Source: Octopus vulgaris | Taxonomy: Eukaryota | Length of the DNA stretch: 64,000 nucleotides | Assembly (NCBI GenBank): GCA_951406725.2 | Contig: OX597822.1 | Location: 100,750,001 to 100,814,000 of the forward strand | Direction: 5' to 3' | Shown: in pieces, positions 41,923 through 54,061 of the stretch | Layout of the letters: every line of letters begins with the position of its first letter | Position numbering within the stretch: the stretch's first letter is position 1 | Notes under the pieces: generated by a model | The model's input: the letters and a program-made list of their open reading frames with translations, nothing else | Databases searched by the model: none | What the model was told of the DNA's origin: nothing | Program-made: the position numbers and the translations under genes

Positions 41923-44358
41923 TTGTTTGTCCCCTCTATGTTTAGTCCCTTGTGGGTAATAAAGAAATATATGTAAAGGCCATCCAGCCATAGAAAAATT
42001 CCAAAGCTGGCACTAAGAATGGAGAAAAGAAATGAAGAAGAGAAAGCAGAGAGGAAAGGAAGAGATGCGAGTGACGGTGAAGTTGTAAATTTAAGTCATT
42101 TAAATAAGTCACAATATCCACAATAAATGCCTAAATTGCAAGCCAATCTGAATCTCGAAAATGTGAACTATCCACATCTTTTGTTTCACGAATCAGAAAC
42201 AGTGGGGGTCGCCCTTGATAGAGTGAAGGTAGTACACTGACTGAGACAATTGTCCCTTTGAGGCAGTCTTTTTATGTCTGTTGGTAGGCTCAAGTCGGCT
42301 CTTAGATTTTGTTTCATTTTTTTAATGTGGGAGTGGTGGTGATTGGGTAGAAATGTTTCAGAATTGTATTGTTACTTTTGTGTTGTGTGAGCAGAAATAT
42401 TGTGTGGAGCCCTGCATATGCCACGAATTTTTAATAGTGCTTTTGCTGTCAAAGTGTTCACATCTGGTTGGTGGGGGACATTAGGTAGAGTGAATCAGAA
42501 GATTTGTGGAAGGATGTAACAGCAGACCTTTTATTGTATTCGAAAGTCTCGTCTCTCATACTACAATCATCATCATCATCATCATCGTTTACTGTCCGCT
42601 TTCCATGCTAGCATGGGTCGGACGATTTTGACTGAGGGCTGGCGAACCAGATGGCTGCACCAGGCTCCAATCTTGATTTGGCAGTTTCTACAGCTGGATG
42701 CCCTTCCTAACGCCAACCACTCCGAGAGTGTAGTGGGTGCTTTTTACGTACCACCGGCATGGGGACCAGTCAGGCGGTACTGGCAATGACCTCGCTCAAA
42801 TCTTTTTACACATGCCACCAGCACAGGTGCCAGTAAGGCAATGTTGGTAACGATCACGCTTAAATAGTGCCCATTTACATGCCACCGGCACGGAAGCCAG
42901 TTGGCTGCTCTGGCGATGATCACGCTTGGATGGTGCTCTCGGCACCTTAAATTTTAAATAAGCAACTTATAGGGCATCAGTTCTCATGTGCCAGTCAAAA
43001 TCCCTTTGCGGACTATAGGACTATAGGTGATGCACCCTCTAATTTTTGATGTATTGAGCAAAAAGTATTTTCAACTTGAAACAAGTATGTGATATTGAAA
43101 CTTATAATGCAGCTTGCGAAGGACACGTTTGTGAATTAAAATAAGCTGTGACATTTTGATGTGTGCAACACTGATACGGTAATTGTGTAGCAACCCTCAA
43201 GTGCAGCTTGGAAGGGACAATGATTGTGGGACATTTTCATTTCAAATTATATTGACATTAATACTTTTAAAACCATCCTATTTTTTACGTTTTTTTTTCT
43301 TTTTGCCAAATTTCTGTTGAAAGACAAATCAAGTGTTGGGGATAGCTTTTTTTTTTCTATATCTGAATTGATTAATGTTGTGCTGTGATAAGGGATATGG
43401 AAGTGGGAAGCCCTCCTCATTGTACTGAAATGATTTATAAACTGTATTAGTAATCGTTACAGAAAATATTACAAGGAAGAAACGTTAAAAAAGAAAAAGT
43501 ATCCCTTTCTCCAGAAATGAAAGAAGGGTTAAACAATGGTTGAATAAGGGTCTAACAACCTCTTTTCATAAAAAAACAAAAAAACAAAAACTAATGTACT
43601 ATCAGATTCTCTCAAGGACAGACCAATATAATACAAGAGTACAGAATGGAAATAAAATCTAAAGAAGAATTGAAGAATGAATGAAGAACAAAAACCATCA
43701 TCACTGGAAGAAAATATAATGTAATCAGTCATCATAGCAATCCGCCTGAGCCTATGAGAGAATTCTCTAAGCAAGTTGCTTAACCTGATAGAAACCCAAT
43801 TCTCCCTCAGATAACACTTTTTGTGGGGTGGGCAAGGGCTGTGCAACTAATGTAATCTGGAATATCAAAAGAGGCAGGATTGTCAAGGATGGAACATCAC
43901 TGGCCATACAGGTCTGCTTGGTCAGAGCAAACTTGGGATTAAATATCAAAAATAACAGAAGCAAAAGCAGGAGTATTATTAATTCTACTTCATATTACAA
44001 TAAGCTAATGATTAGCTAGCCACCTCTTCTGCAATTAGCCATTAATGACTGGCTGATTATCATTAGTGAATCATCAGCTCATAAAAATGTTTAAATGACA
44101 GACTAACAGTGAAATAGAAGTTAGATTTCAGTAATCATTTCCTAATTAAATAATAACTGAGTGACGGTTTATGACATGAAACACAAAAAAGAAAAGAAAA
44201 ATGAAACAAAAAAAAAACAGCTGCTCATTTGCTCTTTTATTGGTTTCAACCAACAAATAAGAGACAAATTAACTCTTTTTCACACCAAACTCATCCAAGA
44301 CAGCTTCTAGCTCTAAGAAACGAACTTCATATTTTAAAATGATGTAAATTAAAACCTG

Positions 44359-44606
44359 TGGAGATGCGTGGTTTAGTGGTTAGGGTGTCAGCATCATGAT
44401 CGTAAGATTGTGGTTTCGATTCCTGAACCGGGCGACGCGTTGTGTTCTTGAGCAAAACATGTCATTTCACGTTGGTCCAGTCCACTCAGCTGGCAAAAAT
44501 GAGTAACGCTGCGATGGACAGGCATCCCATCCAGCTGGGGAACACATAGGCCATAGAAACCGGGGAAACCCGGCCCATGAACCTAGCTAGGCTTTAAAAA
44601 GGGCGA
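44359..44606 (+). mobile_element. SINE family D with tail type 2
   Basis: tRNA-like head with GGTTTCGATTCC B-box, core TTGTGTTCTTGAGCAAAAC...CCACTCAGCTGG; TSD AAATTAAAACCT. Confidence 0.85.
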
Positions 44607-45123
44607 AAGAAAAAAAAAATTAAAACCTACCATCAAAATTCCATATGAATTTGTAATGATATGGCGTGGAACCTAAGCAAGTGTTTTCTACTAGTGCTCT
44701 GGATCAACCAAAGCCTTGTGAGTGGATTTGGCTGCTGGAAACTGAAAGAAGCCCATCGTATATGTGCATGTGTGTGTGTGCGTGACTCCTTGTTTTGAAT
44801 TGGAAGATAGTTGTAAATGGTTGTCACTGTTACACAAAAAGTGTCATTGCAAAATTATGAGAAAATAATATTTTGCTTGGAGAGTGGTGATGGTTGGCAA
44901 CAGAAAGGCCATGTGACAGTTGAAAATCTAGCTCAGTAAATTTTGTCTGATCCATGCAAGCATGAAAAAGCAGGCATTAAAATGATAAAACAAAAAGGAA
45001 TCTTTGAATTTGCAAGTTAAAACAAATTCTGTATTATTGGATTTTTCTTATATTAATGGATGATGATAATGAAGAGAAAATGGATGAGTGTATATTAAGA
45101 TTTTTGAAATCCAGTGGGATTTT

Positions 45124-45349
45124 CCTTCCTGCCTTTAACTCTCCAAAGCGGAGTATAGGCCATTTATAGTTGAATTCCATGTCGCATAATTTTTCGCTTC
45201 TGCACTTATACTCTGCTATGAATGTCCCCCTTTCTCCAGTTCTTTTTGTGTTGATCTACGCCACGAGTTCTTAGGCCTACCTCTCTTTCTATATCCATCC
45301 GGTTTCCACTGTAAAGCACTTTTCGCTACATTTGGTGTAGCAAAAAGTG
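45124..45349 (-). mobile_element. 5'-truncated RTE-type LINE 3' fragment with 95-bp TSD
   Basis: Minus frame NVAKSALQWKPDGYRKRGRPKNSWRRSTQKELEKGGHS*QSISAEAKNYATWNSTINGLYSALES* (RTE C-terminal W.P.G.R.RGRP..W motif); flanks 45029-45123 and 45350-45444 differ at 2 positions. Confidence 0.85.
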
Positions 45350-46537
45350 CTGTATTATTGGATTTTTCTTATATTAATTGATGATGATAATGAAGAGAAA
45401 ATGGATGAGTGTATATTAAGATTTTTGAAATTCAGTGGGATTTTATAAAATTAAAAAAAGATTTGGTTGATATTTTCCGATTCTTTGATCCTTTCAAGAC
45501 CAATCAGAGTGAGACTGCTTCTGGTTCTATGATACAAACTTCTTGCTTTGAAGTGATCTAAATTAAAACCTTCTATCAAAATTTCAGGTAAATATGTGTT
45601 CCAAATACCATCTTAATAATTATGAAATTATTTCTAAAATCAATTGAAACGAATGCAGCGCATTTCAATAGAAATATATTAAAGCATTAATAAACATATC
45701 CTTAAATCAATGGGGATTGTCATGGTTTGAATGTCTTTGATCATTTGACTAAGTGAAGGCTTACCCAAGGCTAAACAACCACCACCACCATCAACACCAC
45801 CACCACAGAGAACTCTATATGTGAATCAATACTTTCCTATACTTACTCCTCTCATTAATCATTCTCATATAGCCACTCTTAAACTTGAAAAGTTCTCTGT
45901 TAGCTATTAAGTGTTTATATAATGTGTGTGCATATTTACATATACACACAAACACATAGATATACACACACATACATACATACATACACATGTGTATGTG
46001 TATATGATAAAATTAAATGTAAAGTATTGTAGTTAGCCATGAGCTTTGTAACAGTGGATCTATCAAACATTACTGGCAGGATCAATCAATTGAATTGACC
46101 CCGGCACTAGACTGAGATTCCTTTTATTGACCCCAGAAACATACGAGGCACATGTGACTTCAGTAGGTTTTAAATTCCGAATATAAAGAGACGAAACTAG
46201 ATACCACAAAGCATTTTGTTGCTCTACCGAATCTGTCAAATGAAATACTGGAAGAAGAATATGACACAAACTAGAGATGGCTATAAGATAGAAAAATTAT
46301 GGCAGTTGTGAAATCTTTCTCCTCTAACAGAGGCTTTTACTTAGAGAAGATGCAGACATGGCTTTGTGTTTAAGAAGTTTGCTTCCAAACCACATGGTTT
46401 CAGGTTCAGTGCTACTACTTAGCACTCTGGACAAGTGACTTCTACTCTAGACCCAGGCTGATCAAAGCATGGTAAATTGACTTGCTAGAGAGAATTGAAA
46501 GTCGCCCATTGTGTTACACACAAGCTTACACACTCAT

Positions 46538-46917
46538 GGTCTGGCCTTGAGAAGATCTGATAGCACAATTTTTTTTTTATGAAAAGAGGTTGCTAGACCC
46601 TTATTCAACCATTATTTAACCATTTCTTGAGAAAGGAACACTTTTTTTTAAATGTTTGTTCCTTGTAATATTTTCTATAACAATTCCTAATACAGTTTAT
46701 AAATCATTTCAGTACAATGAGGAGGGATTCCCATTTTCATAACCCTTAGAGAGCAACAAACAGAATATTATGTGGCATCTAGTTTCATCTTTTTATTTTC
46801 TGAATTTAAAACCTACTGAAGTCACTTGTGCTTTGTATGTTTCTGGGGTCAATAAAAGGAATATCAGTCAAGTGCTTGGGTTAATTCAGTTGATTGATCC
46901 TGTCAATAGTATTTGAT
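46538..46917 (-). repeat. composite inverted duplication of 43389-43624 and 46062-46225
   Basis: Manual reverse-complement alignment of both segments; junction at about 46748. Confidence 0.85.
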
Positions 46918-47003
46918 GACTACACTCCTGTTCCATTCTAGAAACAAGTTATTTATTAACTCTTTAGCATTCACATTATTCTATCCAATGTAATGCTTAT
47001 TTA

Positions 47004-47225
47004 TTAACCCTTTTGTTACCAACCCGGCTGAAACCAGCTCTGAGTACAAATGTCTTGTTTTTATAAATTTTGAATTAAAATCTTCCACCAAACCTTAGTC
47101 ACAATTTATGTTCCTAACACTAGCTTAATGATAACTAAGTTATTTTACTAAATTCCTTGTTATATTTAAAGTAATTGAAAGAAACACAGAGCATCTCAAA
47201 ATAAATATGGTAACGAAAGGGTTAA
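47004..47225. mobile_element. piggyBac-type MITE
   Basis: TTAA|CCCTTTTGTTACC ... GGTAACGAAAGGG|TTAA; related copies near 18375-18610, 21760-21960, 45490-45680, 49785-50008 and 62134-62360. Confidence 0.8.
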
Positions 47226-47896
47226 TACGTTTTGAATTAATCTTGCATTATCTAGCAGCCTTAAGATTTCATTGAGATAAGATAACTTAATTTTCAGAAA
47301 TTATTTTGTAGGATTGCCGTAGGAGGTCACACCTGGCCATTTTGAATACAATAAGTACTGGGGTTGATTTGTTCAACTCCAGCATGGCTTCAGTCTAATA
47401 ACTGAAACAAGTAAAAGTTTTGAAAAGGGGCTAAAAGGATCCTAAATCTTACCAACATCATTCATAATGTAATAGAATACTTGAAGAAATAAAACTCAAA
47501 ACCTGCTCACAACCTACTTACTAACTTTCAGATATACATACATACGGATATACATTATATATATATATATACACACATACATACATTTACACACAGAGAT
47601 ATATATTATACAAGAATGGGCCAGGATGCTAATGAATAAATAACTCCACCATTTTACATTCCAACAATGTCAACAGCAAGGTAAAATAAGGTGAAGGGTT
47701 CAAATATAATTATCTTTTATCAGCCTGTAAATCTGTAATACAGTAAAACTATGTTGGAAGGTAGCCAAAATAATCAAATATATCACATATTCAACAAATT
47801 GAGGGGCCAACCCCCAATTTTTTTTTCTTTCTCTCAATAGCTACCAGATGTTTAATTGGCAAAGCAACCATAGCATTAGTTCGAATATATATATAT

Positions 47897-48280
47897 AGGC
47901 GCAGGAGTGGCTGTGTGGTAAGTAGCTTGCTAACCAACCACATGGTTCCGGGTTCAGTCCCACTGCGTGGCATCTTGGGCAAGTGTCTTCTGCTATAGCC
48001 CCGGGCCGACCAATGCCTTGTGAGTGGATTTGGTAGACGGAAACTTAAAGAAGCCTGTCGTATATATGTATATGTATGTTTGTGTGTCTGTGTTTGTCCC
48101 CCCACTAAACATCGCTTGACAACCGATGCTGGTGTGTTTACGTCCCCGTCACTTAGCGGTTCGGCAAAAGAGACCGATAGAATAAGTACTGGGCTTACAA
48201 AGAATAAGTCCCGGGGTCAATTTGCTCGACTAAAGGCGGTGCTCCAGCATGGCCGCAGTCAAATGACTGAAACAAGTAAA
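47897..48280 (+). mobile_element. SINE family A, full length
   Basis: Consensus match. Confidence 0.9.
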
Positions 48281-48307
48281 AAAAAAATATATATATATAT
48301 ATATATA

Positions 48308-48506
48308 TTACGGAGATGTACTCGCATAGCAAGTAATTTGATCTGAGATCGTGTGCTGAAACGAAAACAATTGCAGCGTGGAAGGTGTTTATAAGCCATT
48401 TAAGAAACACACAAAAGCCGTTTGATTCACTTCAACATTTAAGTTTAATTTGTCAAAATATTTTCGTCGCTAAAATCCGCGACCTGTTCACTGAAAAAGT
48501 CCGTGC
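48308..48506 (-). mobile_element. Penelope-like pseudo-LTR fragment in (TA)n, same family as 53170-53564
   Basis: Reverse complement of the long right arm at about 53365-53564; (TA)n on both sides; carries the variant hammerhead. Confidence 0.7.
48449..48498 (-). ncRNA. variant minimal type I hammerhead ribozyme (G3-C8 core)
   Basis: UUUUUCA GUGAACA G GUCGC ggauuuua GCGAC GAA AAUAUU U UGACAAA: stem I with 1 mismatch, perfect 5-bp stem II, palindromic stem III. Confidence 0.65.
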
Positions 48507-49428
48507 ATTTATATATATATAAAAATACAGTGTATATTATTTCTATGAATAATATATAGTCTATTGACTAATTTTTCCTTCTCGCTAGACCACTGGTAAC
48601 AAAGAACTTTTCTAAAAAATTTTTTGCTACCCTTAGATTTATTAATTAACGTGTCTCTTTATTACCCACAAGGGGCTAAACATAGAGGAGACAAACAAGG
48701 ATAGACAGTGCGTAACTGGTACCTAATTTATCGACCCAGAAAGGATGAAAGGCAGAGTCGACCTCGGCGGAATTTGAATTCACAACGTAACCACAGACGA
48801 AATACGGCTACGCATTTCGCCCGGCGTGCAAACGATAATTAACGATAAAAGGTTTATGTGTATATATATATATATAGATATGTGTGTGTGTGGTAAGCGA
48901 GAATAGAAGAAGAGAAAGAGAGGGCAATGGTCTGAAATGTTAATACTTTTCTTCCTTACAGCATAAAATATATTTCATTGTTTGATTTATTTGTTTTATA
49001 CAGAGTATCGATAATTTCGTTAGATCCTGGTGTTTTACTAAACACCATAATTATTTTAATGTCCATTTATTTCAAGCTTACATGGGTCAGATAGAATTTG
49101 TTGAGACCGATTTTCTACTGAAGGATGCTCATCCTGTCACAAACCTAATTTTTCCCTGTGGTAAAATGTTTACATAGAAAATTGGATATGTATGCAATCT
49201 CAAGATCCTGAAACACACAAACACATCAATGCACACACTCTTAAAGGGCTTCTTTCAATTTCCATCTACCAAATTCACCCACAAGACTTTGGTAACTCAT
49301 GGCTTTAAAAGAAGTCATTTGTACAAGGTACCCACACAATGGGACTGAACCTCAAAACCACATGGTCAAAAAGCAAACATATATAGTTACCATACCAGCA
49401 ACTATAAACAAAATCTATTGGATGTTGT

Positions 49429-49760
49429 GGAGGCACAATGGCCCAGTGGTTAGGGCAGCAGACTCGCAGTCATAGGATAGTGGTTTCAATTCCCAGACTG
49501 GGCGTTGTGTGTGTTTATTGAGCGAAAACACCTAAAGCTCCACGAGGCTCCGGCAGGGTGTGGTGGCGACCCCTGTTGTACTCTTTCGCCCCGACTTTCT
49601 GTCGCTCTTTCTTCCTTTTTCTTGGGTAACACTGCAATGTACTGGCGTCCCATCCAGCGGGGGGGGGGGGACACACACACATACGCCACAGAAACCGGGA
49701 AACCGGGCCCATGAGCCTGGCTAGGCTTGAAAAGGGAGCATAAATAATAAAAATAAAAAA
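49429..49760 (+). mobile_element. SINE family C head with tail type 2
   Basis: Head as at 30020; tail CGCCACAGAAACCGGGAAACCGGGCCCATGAGCCTGGCTAGGC as in family D at 44359. Confidence 0.85.
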
Positions 49761-50048
49761 CTGGATGTTACTAGTGAGACAGTTTAACCTTTATGGGAGA
49801 AACTGAACTGAGACTGTCCCTAACTCTGTAACACAATCCTTTGGTTTTAAGGGATTTAAATTAAAACCCTTCTTTAAAATTTCATGCTAAGTTACGTTCC
49901 AATCATCAGCTTAATAACGACAAAAGTTATTTTGCTAAATTCTTCATTATTCAAAAATTAAGCGAAACAAAAGCAGTGTATTTCAGCAGAAATATAGTAA
50001 AGGGGTTGAAGGAATTGCCAAAGTTAACAGATTAAAAAAATGTATATA

Positions 50049-50281
50049 TATTTCTTTACTGCCCACAAGGGGCTAAATATAGAGGGGACAAACAAGGACA
50101 GACAAAGGGATTAAGTCGATTATATCGACCCCAGTGCGTAACTGGTACTTAATTTATCGACCCCGAAAGGATGAAAGGCAAAGTCGACCTCGGCGGAATT
50201 TGAACTCAGAATGTAACGGCAGACGAAATACGGCTACGCATTTCGCCCGGTGTGCTAATGTTTCTGCCAGATCGCCGCCTT
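50049..50281 (-). mobile_element. SINE family B
   Basis: TSD AAAATGTATATATA; further copies at 48655-48833, 51227-51450, 51922-52131 and 56607-56833. Confidence 0.9.
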
Positions 50282-50819
50282 AAAATGTATATATACAAAG
50301 GAAGCAATAACTGATTATTTTTATTGAACACAAATAACTTTTCAAAGAAGCCAAAAAAGGTTCAATGCAGGTGGTATGAAACTTTAATACACATTTTTAG
50401 AATTCCCTTACTTGCAAGGATGTGTTGTAAGCATAGCTTCATAATATATGCAGTGTAGGTATTGAATCAATTACAATGACTGTACTTATTTCCCTACACG
50501 ATATTATTGATCACAAACATAGTGAAATGAAATCCAATCTAAATGCTATATGGATGTGTTAGCATTGTTGCATAATTGACAAGTGTATGGTGTATGCGTG
50601 TATATCATCATCATTGTCAAATGTCCATTTTCCATGCATGCATGAGTAGGAAGATTCACAGGAGCTGGCCAGGTAGAAAAACTACCCTAGGCTACTGTGT
50701 CTGTTTTGGCAGGGATTTTATGGCTGGATGCGTTCCTTAATATCAACCACTTCACAGAGAGGACTCAATGCTTTTTATGTGGCACTAGCACAAGTGAGCT
50801 TAGTTTTGGCAGGATGATC

Positions 50820-51496
50820 ATATTTGTCACAAAAAAAAAAATTCCCTGAAAACAATTGCAGTAATGAAAACAAAGAAATCCCAAATTTCACGATTGCAGG
50901 GTCCAGATTTGGCCCAGAATGTTTTTGATTAATTCACAGAGTTAGCCTTTAGATTATAAAAATTGTTATTGTACAAAAAAAATTGTCGCAAAATGTCATG
51001 TAAAAAGAAAAAAAAAAATTGCCAAAAATAATCACAGTAATAAAAACTCAGGAATCCAAAATTTCAGGATTGTGGGTTTGGATTTGGCCTAGAATGTTTT
51101 TAATTTACTCATGGAGCCAGCCTGATTCCAAAATGGTATGATATGTTGGGCTGCAGCCCCTTGGAGTAAAGTTGAAAAAGTGTGACACCACTGACACACT
51201 GACATTCACATTTATGTTGTTATATAAAGGAGGTGAGCTGGCAGAATTGTTAGCACACTGGGCGAAATGCTAACTGGTATTTTTGTCTGTCGTTAGGTTT
51301 TGAGTTCAAATTCCGCCGAGGTTGACTTTGCCTTTTATCCTTTTGGGGTCAATAAAATTAGTTCCAGTTTACATACTGGGGTCTATGTAATTGACTTAAT
51401 CCCTTCTCCCAAAATCTGAGGCCTTATGCTTCCAGTAGAAAGGATTTATTAAAGTTGAAAAAGTGTGACACTGACATTCACATTTATTATATTAGA
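50820..51496 (-). mobile_element. Helitron-like element with an internal direct repeat and a nested SINE
   Basis: Minus strand a|TCTAATATAATAAATGTGAATGTC 5' end; diverged ~100-bp repeat at 50845-50950 and 51020-51122; 3' end not found. Confidence 0.4.
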
Positions 51497-53249
51497 TATG
51501 TTTAATTTTGGGGAGACTTTATTTCAGTTAAAGTGTATTTTATGTGTGTGCGTGTATTAAAGAAAGCAAAAATGATAGTGTTCAGTGTTTGGCAACAGGA
51601 ATTTTTGTCAAAGAGACATGATTAAACAAAGTGGTACATCATCTCCCTCTTTCTCTCACACACCCACTCATTCTCTCTCTCTTTTATTATTACTCCCACT
51701 GCTACCATCAACACTACTACTTTTAATAAAACATCAACTCTCCCTAAATTTCTTTGTCTTCCTCTCTTTTGCATTCTTTCTCTCTGTCTGTCATCGCCAC
51801 ATCGCCACTACCCTCACTGTCTCTATGCCTACTATTAGCCTCACATCATTGTGAGGAATAGCAGGAGTGTCAATGAGAAGTGTGAGAGGGGGTTTAAGTG
51901 TGACACACTGACACACAAATTAGGCGGTGAGCTGGCAGAAACGTTTGCACGCTGGGCGAAATGCTTAGTGGTATTTCGTCTGCTGCTACGTTCTGAGTTC
52001 AAATTCCGGCGAGGTCGACTTTGCCTTTCATCCTTTCGGGGTTGATTAAATAAGCATGAATTACGCACTGGGGTCGATATAATTGACTTAATCCATTTGT
52101 CTGTCCCCTCTGTGGGCAATAAAGAAATAAGAAATTAGTTTTGTGTTCTTGAGCAAAACACTTCATTTCATGTTGCTCCAGTCCACTCAGCTGGCAAAAA
52201 TGAGTAATGCTGCGATGGACTGGTGTCCTGTCCAGCTGGGGAACACATACACCATAGCAACCAGGGAAACGCGGTCCATGAGCCTGGCTAGGCTTTAAAA
52301 GGGTGCATTTATTATTATTTACAGAATCATGGCTGACTAAGGGTTAAGCAACAAGAACTACATCATATGTACCATCGAAATTACTGCTCAGAACTTATAA
52401 AAATCAGACAGCTTAGAGCAAGAATAGTATTTCCAGTGATGTGGTAGTGCCAGAAAGAAAAACAGAAACCTTTCAAGAGTTAAAAGAAAAATTCTAAACT
52501 GTGCACAAAAAAGCCAGCTTCCTTTCCTACTTAATTTCAAATGTTTGCACGTGATCTTTATGTGTGTTACTGATCAGACATTCTACTCAACTCTAACATC
52601 TAGTTGTTTTTTTCCTTTAGTTTTTTTTTTACCCCCCCCCCACCACCACTTCCCCAACATGTCTAAGAGAAAAAAAATTTACAGCCATATAAAAAAAACA
52701 ACAAAAAGAATAAGAATCTATGTTAAGTATACCTAAGTATTTCAGAGCCCAAGCACACTAATTAACATTAAAATATAAATAAATAAAGTAATATTACTTA
52801 AAGCAACTAATTAGGTTTTATGCACACACCACAGATCCAAATGTTTTCAAGGAATTTAAGATAAGAGCAAAAAAAAAAAAAAAAGAAGGAAAAAAAGACT
52901 TCAGGATGAAATCTACTTGGCAGATGTTACATTTTCATTTTCAATTTTGAATTGTTATTTGATGAGAAAATCCAGTAAATGATGAATTAATGAAAGCAAT
53001 AAGAGTATTCAATTATCTACAAAGTACAATGCTTACAAGTGTAGAGGTAACAGCCATTTTTACTTTAAAAAGTATAGTCTTTGATAATTGATTTCTTTTA
53101 GTAAAAGTTACACACTCCAAGCTAATTAATAAGCAGCTTTCTTTATTAAGAACTAAGAAGATAGAGTATAATTGCAGCGTGGAAGGTGTTTATAAGCCAT
53201 TTAAGAAACGCACAAAAACCGTTAGATTCACTTCAACATTTAAATTTAA

Positions 53250-53300
53250 TTTGTCAAAATATTTTCGTCGCTTTGAGACCGTGACCTGTTCACTGACAAA
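53250..53300 (-). ncRNA. variant minimal type I hammerhead ribozyme (G3-C8 core)
   Basis: UUUGUCA GUGAACA G GUCAC ggucucaaa GCGAC GAA AAUAUU U UGACAAA; one A-C mismatch in stem II. Confidence 0.6.
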
Positions 53301-53372
53301 CTTCCCTGCTGCAGCAAGGAAATTTGTCAGTGAACAGGTTGCGGTTTTGAATTCCCTGATGCAGCACGAAGT

Positions 53373-53423
53373 TTTGTCAGTGAACAGGTAGCGGTCTCAA
53401 AGTGACGAAAATATTTTGACAAA
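53373..53423 (+). ncRNA. variant minimal type I hammerhead ribozyme (G3-C8 core)
   Basis: UUUGUCA GUGAACA G GUAGC ggucucaaa GUGAC GAA AAUAUU U UGACAAA; stem II partly decayed; predicted cleavage after 53416. Confidence 0.6.
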
Positions 53424-54061
53424 TTAAATTCAAATGTTGAAGTGAATCTAACATTTTTTGTGTGTTTCTTAAATGGCTTATAAACACCTTCCACACTGCA
53501 ATTGTTTTCGTTCCAGCACACGATCTCAGATCAAGTCACTCGCTATGCAAGTACATCTCCGTAAGAAGATAGATATATGATAGATGCAAAGATGGCTGGG
53601 TGATCTAAAACGTCTGCATCCAACCATGCAGATTCGGTCCCACTGTGTGGCATTTTGCGTGAATATCTTCTACAATAGCAGCAGGTATAGCTGTGTGGTA
53701 AGAAGTCGACTTCCCAATCACATGGTTTCAGGTTCAGTTACAGTGTGTGGCACCTTGGACAAGTGTCTTCTACCATAGCTCCTGGCTGAGCAAAGCCTTG
53801 TGTGTGGATTTTGGTAGATGGGAACTGAAACAAGCCCACTGCGTGCACGTGTGTATGTGTATGTGTGTGTGTGTGTGCATGCATGTTTGTATCTTTGTAG
53901 CTGTGTTTGTTTCCCCACAATTACTTGACAATTGGTGTTGCTCAAGTCAGCCAAAAAACCTCTACATGGTCACTGGATCTGCTAGAAGCATCAGCCAAAT
54001 CTCATACAAATCACACATAAGTCATAAGATAGTAAAGACACTGGATGATGTACTCTTAGAC

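Larger units (their letters stand above)
53170..53564 (+). mobile_element. Penelope-like inverted pseudo-LTR pair
   Basis: Arms 53170-53300 and 53373-53503 are inverted copies, the right arm extending to 53564; hammerhead-like motif at the inner end of each arm. Confidence 0.75.
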
